IMG/VR virus record: IMGVR_UViG_3300023181_000004
Span: 1-64,000 of that record
Strand: one strand, 5' to 3'
Length of the DNA stretch: 64,000 nucleotides
DNA from: a virus
The stretch's first letter is position 1; every line of letters begins with the position of its first letter. The notes beneath the pieces were generated by a model. That model was not told the origin of the DNA. It saw nothing but the letters and a program-made list of their open reading frames with translations, and searched no databases. Shown here piece after piece: positions 62,290 to 64,000 of this stretch. The position numbers and the translations under genes are program-made.

Positions 62290-64000
62290 TTATGAAACAA
62301 GAGCTGTATTTTTAACTATTGTAGCGCCCCCGTCAAGACGTCGAGCGATACCAACAGTACCAGACCAGCCGCAGTCTCGCATTTCAGCGACATCGTAACC
62401 GTAAGCGCCTGTTTGATCATACACCTTACAATTGATGCAGACCGTGATGACGGTATTTGATGTCGAGCTGCGATCATCAGCAAAGCCGATGATGTCCCCA
62501 ATTGAGATGCAGTTGATGAATACAACTCGGGTATCCACACCACCGTCGCCGCCAGAGGCTCCAGCCGTAGGGGCACCTGTGGCATACATGCCCGCTTTTT
62601 TGTACGTGCCGCGTTGTTGATTTTTTCGGCTGATCACATTGATGATGATATCGTCGCAACCGTAGGCGGGGGCACACCCAGTTCCACCGTTGTATTCAAC
62701 GAGGCCACCGTGAAGGCGTGTTGAAGAACCTTCATGATCAGAATATCCGTCATCGCGACAATCGTGACCGTAGTAATCAGAGCCATCTGTAATTTTTGCA
62801 CCGATATGGCCGTTTAACCCATCGCCGACCAACCCTGCCTGAGAACCAGAGCAAGCACACTCAAGTGTTCCAAAAGAAAGGACAGAATAGTAAACACAAT
62901 TTGTCGCTGCACCAAATACAAACACTTCGTCCAAGTGCGCTCGACGGAAGAAACTACAATCAATTCCGCCATAACGGACTTCAAGGCCCATGATCAGCAG
63001 CTCTGGTGCGCTTTCACGAAGGCTTCCAGTCGTACTAAACAAGCCTTGCGTGTTATCTAAATAGATATTCGCTGCCGACCCATCACCACCGCCGACGATG
63101 CTGAAGTACATGATTCCAGTACTGTCATCAATAAACGCTTTCGGATCATTGTTATCAGATGCGTCGATCTCTGCCTGTGCAGCTGCAAGGGTTGACGCTG
63201 TGGTCTTCACCAATTTGGTTGCCCAGTGCAAGCGGTTCGGACGACCACGATGCTGTGGACTGCGTTCTGCTGTGGGGATCACAGTACGCGGGTCTGCCAC
63301 ACCATCTTGATAGGCCCAATTGAAATTGGCCAACGTCGGCGGCGTAGTCAAATGCACCTGATATACTTTGGTGAAACCGGATGTCTTCGTGATACCTGTC
63401 AGCTTATCAGCACAATATACTACTGGATAATTATCGTATTCGGTGCTGCTGCTCGATCGACGACCGAGTATGGTCAACTTACCAGTGAGCGTCGAAGGTG
63501 CAATTCGCATTTGCGATTGAGAATAAGTGCCGAACAGTGCAATAATTGTACCCGCGCCGTTCATTTTGTTTACCGCTGCTTGTGCGGAAAACATTGGTGC
63601 TGTTTGGGTGCCCGCAGCAGTATCAACACCAGTCGGCGAGATAAACAATACCCCACCGCCCCCGCCGCTAGACGATTGACTGGAAGATACTGGCCGACGA
63701 AATATTGCGTTCGATCCGGGAGCCAACAGCATATCACCAAATCGAAGCGCACGCGGTACGCTGCCACTCACATTATTGACAGCAATATAAAATACCACAA
63801 AAGCAGTATCCGCATGTAGGGCAATACCAGCCTGTCGCAGCCAACCTGGTCCAGTAACCGAAGCCGATAAAGTTACCCGCGTTCCAGTAATTTCTATCTG
63901 CGAACTATTACGTTGGATAACTAAAACACGACAGGTCTGTGCCGCAGCAGACCCTGTTCCGTTATAACTATCTAGCCCATAAATTTGGACCGCAGCAGAG
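62290..64000 (-). CDS. tailspike/tail fibre with right-handed beta-helix (5' truncated)
   Basis: frame open to the window edge; FISPTG.D...GT...P, DGLNGH, DDGYSDH beta-helix motifs; lower GC. Confidence 0.75.
   Translation of the reverse strand, partial: SAAVQIYGLDSYNGTGSAAAQTCRVLVIQRNSSQIEITGTRVTLSASVTGPGWLRQAGIALHADTAFVVFYIAVNNVSGSVPRALRFGDMLLAPGSNAIFRRPVSSSQSSSGGGGGVLFISPTGVDTAAGTQTAPMFSAQAAVNKMNGAGTIIALFGTYSQSQMRIAPSTLTGKLTILGRRSSSSTEYDNYPVVYCADKLTGITKTSGFTKVYQVHLTTPPTLANFNWAYQDGVADPRTVIPTAERSPQHRGRPNRLHWATKLVKTTASTLAAAQAEIDASDNNDPKAFIDDSTGIMYFSIVGGGDGSAANIYLDNTQGLFSTTGSLRESAPELLIMGLEVRYGGIDCSFFRRAHLDEVFVFGAATNCVYYSVLSFGTLECACSGSQAGLVGDGLNGHIGAKITDGSDYYGHDCRDDGYSDHEGSSTRLHGGLVEYNGGTGCAPAYGCDDIIINVISRKNQQRGTYKKAGMYATGAPTAGASGGDGGVDTRVVFINCISIGDIIGFADDRSSTSNTVITVCINCKVYDQTGAYGYDVAEMRDCGWSGTVGIARRLDGGATIVKNTALVS

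Overview
This window is part of a tailed dsDNA phage genome (mostly GC-rich, no integrase seen), most likely infecting an alphaproteobacterium. Left (1-8 kb, minus strand): head morphogenesis and packaging genes (major capsid, decoration, prohead protease/scaffold, portal, GpA-type large terminase). A Prim-Pol/SF3 primase-helicase follows, then a long plus-strand run of small early/accessory genes (11.6-26 kb), rIIA/rIIB, and nucleotide and DNA metabolism genes: PNK-like kinase, C5 methylase, ATP-dependent ligase, nucleotidyltransferases, class II RNR, HD hydrolases, SF2 helicase, 5'-3' exonuclease, family A polymerase, resolvase, SbcD/SbcC, dUTPase, ThyA and a dATP/dGTP diphosphohydrolase-like protein. 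There are two free-standing homing-type endonucleases, an inverted lysis cassette and a truncated lower-GC tailspike. The best signals lie outside the ORF track: (1) a complete, circularly permuted and apparently minimised tmRNA (tag ANDNGEAVSLRLAA) directly followed by a tRNA-like RNA with no anticodon stem; (2) a 17-bp quasi-palindrome (AAAnTAC-N3-GTAGTTT) at 12 mostly gene-boundary sites; (3) a 14-bp motif found five times in the early region; (4) a 70-aa ORF carrying two PolA motifs in reversed order. All protein calls are by-eye motif recognition; no database searches were run.
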